Below are positions 25,631 through 35,356 of a stretch of DNA of 64,000 nt, piece after piece. The notes beneath the pieces are model-generated. The model saw nothing but the letters and a program-made list of their open reading frames with translations. It ran no database searches and was not told where the DNA came from. The stretch covers positions 15,570 to 79,569 of the forward strand of contig JACPBO010000002.1 in the NCBI GenBank assembly GCA_016180285.1. The letters are read 5' to 3'. Position 1 is the stretch's first letter. Every line of letters begins with the position of its first letter. Source of the stretch: Candidatus Woesearchaeota archaeon (lineage in GTDB: Archaea; Nanobdellota; Nanobdellia; Woesearchaeales; JACPBO01). Both the position numbers and the translations under genes were made by a program.

Positions 25631-26206
25631 ATGGCTAAAAAAGCTAAAAAGATCGAAAAAAAGGTAGAAAGAGACATAAAAGTGGTGAATATAGTGGTTT
25701 CTACATCTTTAGAGCACGATATTCCGCTTGAAAAGATGGCTGCAACACTTGCCAATACGGAATACAATCCTGAGCAGTTTCCTGGGCTTGTAATAAGGAT
25801 AAAAGACCCTAAAACCTCTGCTTTGATCTTTAGCTCTGGAAAAGTTGTTTGCACCGGCGCAAGAAGCATGGATAAGGTAGATGAAAGCATTAAAAAGATA
25901 ATAAAAAGCCTTGAAAAAATCAATATCAAGATAACAATCCAGCCAAAAGTGAATATACAAAACATTGTTGCTTCCGGCAGCGTTGGTATGGATCTTAACT
26001 TAAATGTGCTTGCAATGAAGCTGGACAACACTGAGTATGAGCCAGAGCAATTTCCAGGATTGGTTTACAAGCTGGCTGCTGCAAAGGCAACATTTTTGCT
26101 TTTCAGCAATGGAAAGGTTGTTTGCACAGGAACCAAAAGCGAGGAAGAAGTTCACAACGCTCTTGACAAATTAATAGCAACGCTAAAGAAAGTCATGAAA
26201 AAATAA
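25631..26206 (+). CDS. tbp: TATA-box binding protein
   Basis: Two TBP direct repeats (NIVVSTSLEHDIPLEKMA...FPGLVIRIKDPKTSALIFSSGKVVCTGA and NIVASGSVGMDLNLNVLAM...FPGLVYKLAAAKATFLLFSNGKVVCTGT). Confidence 0.95.
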   Translation: MAKKAKKIEKKVERDIKVVNIVVSTSLEHDIPLEKMAATLANTEYNPEQFPGLVIRIKDPKTSALIFSSGKVVCTGARSMDKVDESIKKIIKSLEKINIKITIQPKVNIQNIVASGSVGMDLNLNVLAMKLDNTEYEPEQFPGLVYKLAAAKATFLLFSNGKVVCTGTKSEEEVHNALDKLIATLKKVMKK

Positions 26207-26212
26207 TTTGAA

Positions 26213-29200
26213 ATGGAAGCAAGCGAACAGATAAGAAGATTTGGTGAATTTTTTGATTTGATTTATGGGGCGGCAATAGTTGAAAACCTAAGAAAAGGCA
26301 ATAAATTCTTGATTGTTGACTTTGCAGAGCTGATAAAATTTGATCCAGAGCTTGCAGAGCAGCTTTTGGAAGAGCCCGATGAAGTGGTAAGGGCTGCTGA
26401 GCTTGCTATTGAAGAGTCGGGTCGTGAAGGTGATCTGAAAAAATTCAAGGTGCGTTTCAGAAATCTGCCTAAAACCCAGCAGATCATGATCAGAAACATA
26501 AGAAGCAACCACATAGGAAAACTGTTTTGGACAGAGGGCATTGTGAGGCAGAAATCTGATGTAAGGCCCCAGGCAGTTGTTGCGAAATTTGAATGCCCCG
26601 CTTGCGGAAATACTATTTCGGTTCCACAGCTCGATAAAAAATTTCGCGAGCCAAGCAGGTGCGGCTGCGGAAAAAAAGGAAGATTTAAGCTGTTAAGCAA
26701 GGAGCTTGTTGATGTGCAGGGTATTGTTTTGGAAGAAGCACCGGAAGATTTGGAAGGTGGGGACCAGCCAAAAAGGATGCAGATTTTTCTGCAGTGTGAT
26801 TTGGTCAGCCCTTTAAGCGAGAAGAGAACAAGCCCCGGAAGCAAAATACGCATTGGCGGCATTATAAAAGAAGTGCCCATAACATTGCAGACAGGCGGCC
26901 AATCCACAAGGTTTGATTTGCTGATTGAAGCCAATTGCATTGAAGGTGTAGAAGAGAATTTCTCCGACATCACAATAAGCCATGAAGAATTAAAGGCAAT
27001 CAAAGAACTTGCAGAAGACCCAAAAATCTATGCAAGGCTTATAAACTCGATTGCGCCAAGCATATATGGTCATGATAGAATAAAAGAGGCCCTTATTCTG
27101 CAGTTAATGGGAGGATTAAAGAAGGAAAGAAAAGACGGCGTATCAATAAGAGGCGATATCCACATTTTACTTATTGGAGATCCTGGGAGCGGAAAAAGCC
27201 AATTGCTCAAGAGGGTTTCAAAAATCTCTCCTAAAGGAAGGTATGTCAGCGGCAAGGGAGTCAGCGGAGCCGGTTTGACCGCAACTGTTGTGAAAGACGA
27301 ATTCCTGCGCGGCTGGAGCCTTGAAGCTGGCGCGCTTGTTTTGGCAAATAAGGGATTGTGTGTTACTGGCGATACAGCTATTCTACTCGCCAACGGAAGT
27401 GTTATTCCGATGAAACAAGTTTATGAAGAGCACCTTAAAGGAAAAGAGGTCTGTGTTCAATCCTTGGATGCAAAAACATTCAAAATATGCGAACAAAAAG
27501 TTTTAGGTGTTTCGCGCAGAATTGCAGAGAAACTTTTTGAAATTAAGTTTGACACTGGAGATAAACTGCATATAACGCCAGAGCACCCTCTTCCTGTTTG
27601 GGACAACGGCCTTCGTTGGGTGCCTTGCGGAAGATTAAAATCCGGTGCTTCAGTGGTTTTGCCTACGGAATTTATTTCAAAAAAAGATGTTAAAAATATC
27701 CTTCTTCTTGAACTTTGCGGCATGATTGCAACAGATGGGCATTTAACAAAGAAAAAATATGGCATAAGCTTTTATTCAACTAAAGAGTGGATGATTGAAA
27801 GAATAAAATATCTTGTTAACGCCTGTTTTGGAAAAGAGATGCATGTTCATAAAAATAACCGCGGGTCTCTGCATGCGCATATAGGTTCTAAAGAGATTCA
27901 TGAGAAAATAAAAAATTTTGGGATACCTGTTGGCAAGAAAAATGGTTTGACAGATAATGTTCTGTTAAATCTTTCACATGATGACATCAAGGCATTCATT
28001 ATCGGTGCGGTAAATGGAGATGGATCAATTTCAAATAGAAAAGGCGGCGGAATCGTTTCTCTAATAACGCAGAATTTCCAAACCGCTGAAACTTACAGAA
28101 AACTATTGCGCAAGATTGGCCTGATTGGCAGAATAAGAAAAATAAATTCAAGGGGCGGTGGAATAGTAAAAGAAGGCACATACACCATATTCCATGTTTG
28201 CATTACCGGCAGAGAAAATATTGCGAGGTTATGGGACTCGCGCCTTGAGCCAGCAAAACTTGCTGCGCTGAATAAGATTCTTAAACGCAGATCCATGGAC
28301 GGAAGAATTCCTCATGTTAATGATCTGATTGAGAGTGTAAGAGTTGAACTAAAACACGGTCAAAAACAAGCATTGTATATGAACAGCATAAAACAAAGTC
28401 AGCTTGATGGCGGATATGGTGTTAGAAGAGGAACTTTGCAAAGAGCATTGGGGGCATTGGCTGCTTTGCTGATATTGCCTGCAAATTCTTTGCAAACGTT
28501 GAAAAATGTGGCGCAGGATAGCGTACACATAGGCAAAATAACAGGCATAAGTGATATTCCTCCTGCAGAAGTATTTAACCTGCAAACCGATGCAAAAGAA
28601 GGCCCCAATTATATTGCAAATTTTATACCTGTTCATAACTGTATGATCGACGAGCTCGACAAGATGTCTACGGAAGACAGAAGCGCGATGCACGAGGCAT
28701 TGGAGCAGCAATCAGTGAGCATCTCAAAAGCAAATATACAGGCAACATTAAGGGCTGAAACAACTGTTTTGGCTGCTGCTAATCCTAAATTCGGAAGGTT
28801 TGACCCTTATGGCGAGCCTATTTCCAAACAAATCAATTTGCCCACTACATTGATCAACAGGTTTGATTTGATTTTTGCAATAAAGGATCTTCCGCATCCT
28901 GACAGAGATGAAAAAATGGCGAAGTTCATTCTAGGGATGCATCAAAATCCTGATGTTGAGAATGTTGAATTGGATACAAAACTTTTGAGAAAATATATTG
29001 CTTATGCTAGGCAGAATGTGCATCCTAAGCTTTCTGATGGCGCAAGCGATGAAATACAAAGCTACTATCTCAAGATGAGGGCTTCCGGCACTGTTGAAGG
29101 TGAGATGAAATCAATACCGATATCCGCAAGGCAGCTGGAAGCGTTAGTCAGGCTATCTGAAGCTTCAGCAAAAGTAAGGCTGAGCGATGCAGTAACAAAA

Positions 29201-29512
29201 AAGGATGCGAAAAGGGCGATTGACATACTGCATTATTGCCTGAGCGAGATTGCGCTTGATAAAGAAACCGGCCAGATCGACATCGATAGAATCTCCACAG
29301 GCATTCCAAGTTCAGAGAGAAGCAAAATAACAATAATAAAAGAACTAATAGACAGGTTAAGTGAAAGGTCAAAGCAGATTGCTGTTCAGGATTTGGTTGA
29401 CATGGCTAAAGAGAAGAATATTGATGAAAGTGATGTGGATGAAGTCATTGAAAGGCTGAAACGTTCTGGCGACATCTTCGAACCTAAGCCTAGTTTAATC
29501 CAAAAGATTTAG
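26213..29512 (+). CDS. mcm: MCM replicative helicase (intein-containing precursor, 1099 aa)
   Basis: N-terminal Zn finger CPACGN...CGCG; Walker A LLIGDPGSGKSQLLK; Walker B region interrupted (ALVLANKGL | intein | CMIDELDKM); arginine-finger/sensor region downstream; exteins ~672 aa. Confidence 0.95.
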   Translation: MEASEQIRRFGEFFDLIYGAAIVENLRKGNKFLIVDFAELIKFDPELAEQLLEEPDEVVRAAELAIEESGREGDLKKFKVRFRNLPKTQQIMIRNIRSNHIGKLFWTEGIVRQKSDVRPQAVVAKFECPACGNTISVPQLDKKFREPSRCGCGKKGRFKLLSKELVDVQGIVLEEAPEDLEGGDQPKRMQIFLQCDLVSPLSEKRTSPGSKIRIGGIIKEVPITLQTGGQSTRFDLLIEANCIEGVEENFSDITISHEELKAIKELAEDPKIYARLINSIAPSIYGHDRIKEALILQLMGGLKKERKDGVSIRGDIHILLIGDPGSGKSQLLKRVSKISPKGRYVSGKGVSGAGLTATVVKDEFLRGWSLEAGALVLANKGLCVTGDTAILLANGSVIPMKQVYEEHLKGKEVCVQSLDAKTFKICEQKVLGVSRRIAEKLFEIKFDTGDKLHITPEHPLPVWDNGLRWVPCGRLKSGASVVLPTEFISKKDVKNILLLELCGMIATDGHLTKKKYGISFYSTKEWMIERIKYLVNACFGKEMHVHKNNRGSLHAHIGSKEIHEKIKNFGIPVGKKNGLTDNVLLNLSHDDIKAFIIGAVNGDGSISNRKGGGIVSLITQNFQTAETYRKLLRKIGLIGRIRKINSRGGGIVKEGTYTIFHVCITGRENIARLWDSRLEPAKLAALNKILKRRSMDGRIPHVNDLIESVRVELKHGQKQALYMNSIKQSQLDGGYGVRRGTLQRALGALAALLILPANSLQTLKNVAQDSVHIGKITGISDIPPAEVFNLQTDAKEGPNYIANFIPVHNCMIDELDKMSTEDRSAMHEALEQQSVSISKANIQATLRAETTVLAAANPKFGRFDPYGEPISKQINLPTTLINRFDLIFAIKDLPHPDRDEKMAKFILGMHQNPDVENVELDTKLLRKYIAYARQNVHPKLSDGASDEIQSYYLKMRASGTVEGEMKSIPISARQLEALVRLSEASAKVRLSDAVTKKDAKRAIDILHYCLSEIALDKETGQIDIDRISTGIPSSERSKITIIKELIDRLSERSKQIAVQDLVDMAKEKNIDESDVDEVIERLKRSGDIFEPKPSLIQKI
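27359..28639 (+). mobile_element. Intein (427 aa) with LAGLIDADG homing-endonuclease domain inside mcm
   Basis: Begins CVTGDTAILLANG (Cys1, block A) and ends ...FIPVHN followed by extein Cys (CMIDELDKM); two LAGLIDADG-like blocks LLELCGMIATDGHL and FIIGAVNGDGSIS. Coordinates derived by frame counting from 26213. Confidence 0.85.
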
Positions 29513-29513
29513 C

Positions 29514-30161
29514 ATGGCAAATGAAATAAAAAGGTTGGTGGCATACAAGGCAAAAATTTCTAGTTTGATCAATGGAAAATACTTCAAGGAAGAGGGCTGG
29601 GCATCTAATTATGTCCTTGCAGAAGATGGCAGGAAACTATCAAGAGTTAATATCATAGGGATTGTTGTTGCAAAAAATCTTGACCAGAATGCAAATCAAG
29701 GTGAAATCTTGGTTGATGATGGCTCTGCAAAGATCGGCCTGAGAAGTTTTGAAAAGAGCGAAGCTTTGGAAAATGCAAAGATTGGCGATATTATATTGGT
29801 TATTGGGCGGCCAAGGGAGTTTGGAAATGAAAAATACATCCTTGCTGAAATATTGAAAACATTGAATAACAAGGATTGGCTGGAATTAAGAAGGTTAGAA
29901 TTGGGCATCGAAGAAAAATCAAAAGAAATTTCAGATGATGATGTTGAGGAGATTATCGCGGATGTTATTGAAAACGTGCCTGGCGATTCTCAAACACAGG
30001 TGATCAGCATTATAAAGAAGCTTGACAAAGGCAATGGAGCAGACTATGATGAAGTTGTTCTTAATTCAAAAAACAGCTCTTGTGAGGAGATCATAACTCG
30101 CCTCTTGAAGCAAGGCGACATCTTTGAAATAAGAGCCGGCAAGCTGAAAGTTCTAGAATAG
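29514..30161 (+). CDS. RPA32-like OB-fold protein with C-terminal winged-helix-like region
   Basis: RVNIIGIVVAKNLDQNANQGEILVDDGSAKIGLRSFEK...IGDIILVIGRPREF resembles an RPA/SSB-type OB-fold; acidic C-terminal helical region; immediately downstream of mcm. Assignment tentative (a GINS-type subunit not excluded). Confidence 0.4.
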   Translation: MANEIKRLVAYKAKISSLINGKYFKEEGWASNYVLAEDGRKLSRVNIIGIVVAKNLDQNANQGEILVDDGSAKIGLRSFEKSEALENAKIGDIILVIGRPREFGNEKYILAEILKTLNNKDWLELRRLELGIEEKSKEISDDDVEEIIADVIENVPGDSQTQVISIIKKLDKGNGADYDEVVLNSKNSSCEEIITRLLKQGDIFEIRAGKLKVLE

Positions 30162-31004
30162 TTTTGGCGTCAGATAAATCTCAATGAAGGCTGCTAGAAT
30201 TAGAAATCCTACTGCAAGCAGCAGCAGGTCTGACACATCCATAAGTATGCTGAAAAACTTCTTTGTCTGAAAATGGCGCCTTATGACTGCTACAGATATT
30301 ATCCCGCCAGCCAGAGCGCCGTATATGTATGCTATTATTTCAGGCAGTCCATGTATAAAATACCGAAGCAAGCCCAAGGAAATTATTTGAAAATATGCGA
30401 ATGCATTTGCAGATCCTAATGTTAATGCATAATGCGCAACATTCGTTCTTATGAAATTTCCTATTGCAGTTGCTATTACTGAAGCATTCCATGTTAAGAT
30501 GAATATTGCCCCGGAGCCATAAATAAACGAGAATAATATGCAAAAAGCCAGCACTTTCAGGTTATTCATAAGTATTTTTGAGAATAAAGTAATTTGTGCA
30601 ACAGCATTTCCTGCTATCTGGTTATTGACGCTGGTTATTGTCTGCGCTTGTTTTTGAAATAAGAACGCCACTGTAGAAGATGGCAGGACAGTATACCAAA
30701 AAACGAATGCAACAGTCATTCCTAAAAAAAGAAACAAAAAAATCAATATTGCCTTTGAATGCTGCTTTAGGCGCTGTTTTTCATTCGCCAAATCAATATC
30801 TTTGAATTCCTCCAGTTTCAGAGTATTGTAAATTATCGGCAATGCTGCCATCACCGCAAAAAATACCATGACCATGCTTGCTTCTTTTTCAAAAATCCAC
30901 AATGAAAGAAATATTGCCGCAGATGTATAAACTAAGCCAACAAAAAACATCTCCCAGGGCTGCTTTTCTGCCTTCATTGGGAATATTATTGATTCCAGTA
31001 CCAT
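30153..31004 (-). CDS. Polytopic membrane protein, SpoIIM/DUF95-like
   Basis: Six or more predicted TM helices; NNLKVLAFCILFSFIYGSGAIFILTWNASVI and FIHGLPEIIAYIYGALAGGIIS are reminiscent of the DUF95 family. Confidence 0.4.
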   Translation of the reverse strand: MVLESIIFPMKAEKQPWEMFFVGLVYTSAAIFLSLWIFEKEASMVMVFFAVMAALPIIYNTLKLEEFKDIDLANEKQRLKQHSKAILIFLFLFLGMTVAFVFWYTVLPSSTVAFLFQKQAQTITSVNNQIAGNAVAQITLFSKILMNNLKVLAFCILFSFIYGSGAIFILTWNASVIATAIGNFIRTNVAHYALTLGSANAFAYFQIISLGLLRYFIHGLPEIIAYIYGALAGGIISVAVIRRHFQTKKFFSILMDVSDLLLLAVGFLILAAFIEIYLTPKLF

Positions 31005-31101
31005 GAACTGTTTAACTAATCGGAATTATTTAAATATCTTTTGATTGAAAAAGGGCAAATAAACATTACATTTAAAAAAAGGACTAGATTTCTCTTGTTT
31101 C

Positions 31102-31509
31102 ATGGACTATGAAGAACTGCTTGACAAGGCCAGGAAAGAAATGCCTAGCGCTGTATTCGAGAAGGAACGATTTGAACTGCCCAAGGTTGTCGGCCATATA
31201 CAGGGCAATAGGACTGTAATCGGCAATTTTTATCAGATTGCAGACATATTGAGAAGGGATGCTGCGCATCTGGTAAAATACATTCTGAAAGAGCTGGCTA
31301 CTCCCGGTGAACTGACTAAAACAGCTTTGATAATAGGCACAAAGATCAGTGCTTCTAGGATCAATGAAAAAATCAGGCAGTATGCTTACGAGTATGTCTT
31401 GTGCGGTGAATGCGGAAAACCAGACACGCAGATCATCAAAGAAGGCAATGTTCCGTTCCTGAAATGCACTGCCTGCGGCGCAAAGCACGCTTTAAAAGGA
31501 AGAGTATGA
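31102..31509 (+). CDS. eif2b: Translation initiation factor 2 subunit beta (aIF2-beta)
   Basis: Core domain plus C-terminal C4 zinc ribbon VLCGECGKPDTQIIKEGNVPFLKCTACGA; 135 aa. Confidence 0.9.
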   Translation: MDYEELLDKARKEMPSAVFEKERFELPKVVGHIQGNRTVIGNFYQIADILRRDAAHLVKYILKELATPGELTKTALIIGTKISASRINEKIRQYAYEYVLCGECGKPDTQIIKEGNVPFLKCTACGAKHALKGRV

Positions 31510-31510
31510 T

Positions 31511-31804
31511 ATGATAACAAAGCAGCATAAGGCCAAAGACGGCAGATTAATCTTAAGTTTGTGCGATTCTGGTCTTATCGGACATGTATTCGAAGAAGGG
31601 GATCTGCAGCTCGATCTTGCATCTGATTTTTACAAAGGTGAAGAGCTTGACGAAAGTAAAATTTGCATCTTGATTAGAAAAGCCAACACACTCATCTTTA
31701 TTGGTAATGATGCTGTCAAGTTCGGATTGGATCATAACTTGGTCCTTGAAAAAAACGTTAGGCGCATATGCAATGTGCCTTATGCAGAAACGATAATAGC
31801 GTGA
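31511..31804 (+). CDS. Small conserved hypothetical protein (97 aa) co-transcribed with aIF2-beta
   Basis: Starts 2 nt after the eif2b stop; possibly DUF424-like (not verified). Confidence 0.35.
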   Translation: MITKQHKAKDGRLILSLCDSGLIGHVFEEGDLQLDLASDFYKGEELDESKICILIRKANTLIFIGNDAVKFGLDHNLVLEKNVRRICNVPYAETIIA

Positions 31805-34800
31805 TCAGCCAAACCATTTTCCTAATCCTGTTTGCTTGTCTTTCTGCTTTCCAAACACGCCCTCTATCATCCTTTTTGTAAGCTCCAATGTTTGTTTTAG
31901 ATATGGAGGGAGGTTGTATTTTTCAGCTAATGAAAGTGTTGGCTCCAGATACTTTACAACGCTCCCTTCAGATACCGTGAATATTATTTTACCGCCGCAT
32001 TTTGTGCACTTGCCTATTAATGGCGGCCTTCTGAATTTTTCATTGCACTTTACACACCTAAATTGCTGTGTTGAAAATTTTCTAAGGTTGCCCCTTATGT
32101 CCCTTAGCAAATGCTTTTCTATAACAAGACGTGCAACGTCTACAGCATTAACTGCCCTTATCCTTTCAGCCAGGTCCATTTGGCCCTTAAGCTTTTCCTC
32201 CATTGAAGGGAGTGTTTTATATGCGGAGCACATCACTCCCGAATTTATGCTCGAAACATCATGCGTAAAGCCTAAGCCTTCGTACTGCGCTGCTGTTCCA
32301 AGCCGCTTGCCTAATTTCTCTATTTCCACTTCCCAGGGATATTTGTATTTTGATGCTGCATCATAAAGCTCTAAAGGATATTTCCGGGCAACATCCATTC
32401 CATGCACCATGTCATCAACTTCGCCAGGTATAAGCTTGGTTGTCAAAACAAGCGGGCTGTCCATCGTCCTGCCGCCGCGCTTATCTGGCAAAAACTGTCT
32501 TGAGAAATTAAGCAAAGCATCCATCAGCAGCATTATGCAGCATTCATCGCCATCGCAGTCGCGGCGCAAAGCTGCATGCCAAAGCGGATGCGCATAGCAT
32601 CCCTGGGTTTCTGAGAATCCTATTACGCGGCCAATCATCCCTGCCGAAATATGCGGCGCGAGCCCGATAACAATGCTGCCGATCAAATCTTCCTTGTTTT
32701 TAAAATTATAAAAAGGCTGCTGGCCATACATTACAGCTAAAAGCTCATCAACAAAATTTGCCATTCTCATCAAAACAATGTCTGCGGTTTCATCAAGCGC
32801 TTCCTGCCCCGAAGGAAGGATAATGTCCTGAGGCCTGAGCTCAATTATCTGGTTTCCTGATTCCAATTCTTTTCCAAAAATATCTTTTTCATACCCAAGC
32901 TCTTTCAGCTTCTTCAGCGATGTTTTGATCTCTCTCTGCTTAAAATGAGTTATTGGCAATTCAGTCATGTCATACCTTATCGTGCCGTCCTTGTTTACAT
33001 AAACATCGTGCTTTGCCCTGATGATTCCTTTCAGTATGTTCTCAGGAATATGATCTTTATTTGACGTTCCTCTGACGCCTTTGATGAGATCAGGCGTGGT
33101 CTTTGTTTTCAGCTTGTTGTTCAAAACAGCATCAAAAAGCTCGTTTATGTTTACATCCTGTGTTTTGAATGTTGATGCGGGGCCGTGTTTCTTGCATACT
33201 TGCTCTTCTATGTTTCCGCATATTCTGCAGAAAAATTTTTTCTTCGTTTTTTTGTCGCACGTCTCGCAGACCGACAGAACTGTCTCTTTGTTGCAATGGC
33301 CGCAATAATAGATTGGAAGATCCGCCCTTACCTTTCCGATTTCTGACGCTGACTGGAACGACCGCAATCTCCCGCCTTCTTCCCCGACGGGAAATAACAC
33401 CTGCGGGCTGCCAGTGAGCTTCCTCATTTTTGATTTTTCAGGCCTGCCCATTCTTGCGCCAATGAATGTTCCTGCCTTATCCCTCAGATTTATACTGGAT
33501 ATTGAGTTTATTATCTCTAAAGGGTTTTTTTCTTTATTTTTTTTTGTGAATTCCTCTAATTCTGAAATTTTATCATTTGAAGTTATGTTTAAGCTGGCTA
33601 AGATGGATTCTGCTTCTTCTTTTTCAATAACAACAAATTCTTCATTAACTGATAGGTGTGGCGCGCCAACCAGCTCGAGTATCCTTTTCGCATCTTCCTT
33701 GAAAGGCAGAACTATCTTTATTATTTTTTCTTCCTTAATAATGCTGGCTTTCTTGAACCATTCTAAAAATAGAAGAAATTGGTCTGTTGATATCGCAGTC
33801 CAATAATAACTGAAGCTGGGGTGAAGGGGGATGTTTAATTTTCTTGATATGTTTATCGCATCTGATGCTGAAATTTTTTCCGAAGGGTTTTTTAATATCT
33901 TGGCCAATATTGCTGATGGCACTTCTGCAAGATCGGATAGTTTTTCAACATCCAGCGAGCCGAATAAATCTACAGTTGCTTTTTCAAGCTCTTGCGCATA
34001 CCATTCCTCGCAATATCCTGCAGGAACAAGTGCATGCCCATTCTCAGAAAAATCTCCATAATTTATCAATATATCACCTAAAAAAAGTATCTCTCCTATG
34101 TTTCCTAAATTGTCTTTTGCTTCCTCTTCAGTATTTATTTTTATAACGTTGCCGTTGGTTAATTTCACTATCGGCCCGTCTATTGCATCGCAGCTGGTTA
34201 CTGCAGTTGCTTTTCCTGGCCGCTCTATTTTCAGTTGCGTGCCTACGGCCACATATTTGTTCAGAATGCGCATCGTTGCAGGATGAATTGCCGCTGCGCT
34301 GAACCCGGATGTTCTTGATCGCCCATAACGCAGACGAAATCCTCCTGCTGCTGAAGGGTGGGACAGCACAGGCCTGCCGGCAACTAAATCCGCGATATAT
34401 GTGTAATTCGGAGTGACTTTTAATGTCTTTTCCTTCTCCTCTGTTCCTGCTTTCTTCTTCTTTTGCAGCTCCAAAAATTTTTCTAGGAATGACCAGTCTA
34501 TGCCGAACTCTTTTTGGAATTTTTGCAGTTTCTTCCATAATTTTGGGGCTTTTAACGTCAGCATAGACACAACAAGGCAGACGCCGCTGCGAATTTTGTT
34601 TGTCGAGATTCTGTCCAGGTCTTTATAATTGCTGACTTCGATTTTTTCTGTGGGGTCGCCATCAACTTCGACTGTAAGATTTTTCACCAAAAGGGCAATT
34701 TCCTCTTTGCTCGGCTTATATTGGAGGTTTGTTACAAATTCGTGATAGTCGTAGAGCTCAGTTATTGTCCTGTTTATTTCTTTTTCATCCGGGTCATACA

Positions 34801-35356
34801 CATCATAACCCATTTTTTTTCTTACATAATCTGCTATCACAACGGAAACTGATGCTCCTGTTCCCCCTGCCCCTCTTACTGGCCCAGCGTAACTAACCGC
34901 AAGATAATCCTTGCCATCTCTTCTCTTTTTTATTTTTAATTCCACAAAACCCTCTAAAGGAGCGGAAACTATGCCGAGGGTGTGGTATGCGAACCCCACT
35001 CTTATCCCGGTCTCCATTGCCTCTTTCCTATCGCCGAATTTACAGAATTTTTCCTGCGCAACTTCTTCTGCTATTTTTAATGCAACCTCCCATGCAAGAG
35101 CGCCATGCTCTCTTTCCAGCTCCCGTATCCGTTTTATCATTCCGGAACCCAGAAGCTTTGGAGTAACTGCGGATATGAGGCCTTCTACACGCTCAGCCAT
35201 ATCATGAGCCAAGGGAATGTCTACTTTTTCTTCAGGGTCATATCCTTTTTTCCTCGCTTCATTGGCCACCTTATAGGCTGCGCTTAATTGATTCTCTATT
35301 GCCTCAAAGTATTCCTGCATTTCTTTGCTTTCTGATTCCTTAGTCATCTTAACCAA
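31805..35356 (-). CDS. polC: DNA polymerase II (PolD) large subunit DP2
   Basis: 1183 aa; N-terminal MVKMTKESESKEMQEYFEAIENQLSAAYKVANEARKKGYDPEEKVDIPLAHDMAERVEGL...; Zn-finger cluster CGHCNKETVLSVCETCDKKTKKKFFCRICG; C-terminal Cys module CVKCNEKFRRPPLIGKCTKCGGK; no intein (length typical). Confidence 0.95.
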   Translation of the reverse strand: MVKMTKESESKEMQEYFEAIENQLSAAYKVANEARKKGYDPEEKVDIPLAHDMAERVEGLISAVTPKLLGSGMIKRIRELEREHGALAWEVALKIAEEVAQEKFCKFGDRKEAMETGIRVGFAYHTLGIVSAPLEGFVELKIKKRRDGKDYLAVSYAGPVRGAGGTGASVSVVIADYVRKKMGYDVYDPDEKEINRTITELYDYHEFVTNLQYKPSKEEIALLVKNLTVEVDGDPTEKIEVSNYKDLDRISTNKIRSGVCLVVSMLTLKAPKLWKKLQKFQKEFGIDWSFLEKFLELQKKKKAGTEEKEKTLKVTPNYTYIADLVAGRPVLSHPSAAGGFRLRYGRSRTSGFSAAAIHPATMRILNKYVAVGTQLKIERPGKATAVTSCDAIDGPIVKLTNGNVIKINTEEEAKDNLGNIGEILFLGDILINYGDFSENGHALVPAGYCEEWYAQELEKATVDLFGSLDVEKLSDLAEVPSAILAKILKNPSEKISASDAINISRKLNIPLHPSFSYYWTAISTDQFLLFLEWFKKASIIKEEKIIKIVLPFKEDAKRILELVGAPHLSVNEEFVVIEKEEAESILASLNITSNDKISELEEFTKKNKEKNPLEIINSISSINLRDKAGTFIGARMGRPEKSKMRKLTGSPQVLFPVGEEGGRLRSFQSASEIGKVRADLPIYYCGHCNKETVLSVCETCDKKTKKKFFCRICGNIEEQVCKKHGPASTFKTQDVNINELFDAVLNNKLKTKTTPDLIKGVRGTSNKDHIPENILKGIIRAKHDVYVNKDGTIRYDMTELPITHFKQREIKTSLKKLKELGYEKDIFGKELESGNQIIELRPQDIILPSGQEALDETADIVLMRMANFVDELLAVMYGQQPFYNFKNKEDLIGSIVIGLAPHISAGMIGRVIGFSETQGCYAHPLWHAALRRDCDGDECCIMLLMDALLNFSRQFLPDKRGGRTMDSPLVLTTKLIPGEVDDMVHGMDVARKYPLELYDAASKYKYPWEVEIEKLGKRLGTAAQYEGLGFTHDVSSINSGVMCSAYKTLPSMEEKLKGQMDLAERIRAVNAVDVARLVIEKHLLRDIRGNLRKFSTQQFRCVKCNEKFRRPPLIGKCTKCGGKIIFTVSEGSVVKYLEPTLSLAEKYNLPPYLKQTLELTKRMIEGVFGKQKDKQTGLGKWFG

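Noticed and set aside
26263-27003. Minus-strand 246-aa ORF (and other antisense ORFs 27070..28711) inside mcm
   Set aside because: Fully embedded antisense to a strongly supported MCM coding sequence; Ser/Pro/Leu-rich composition expected from the reverse frame of a K/E-rich gene.
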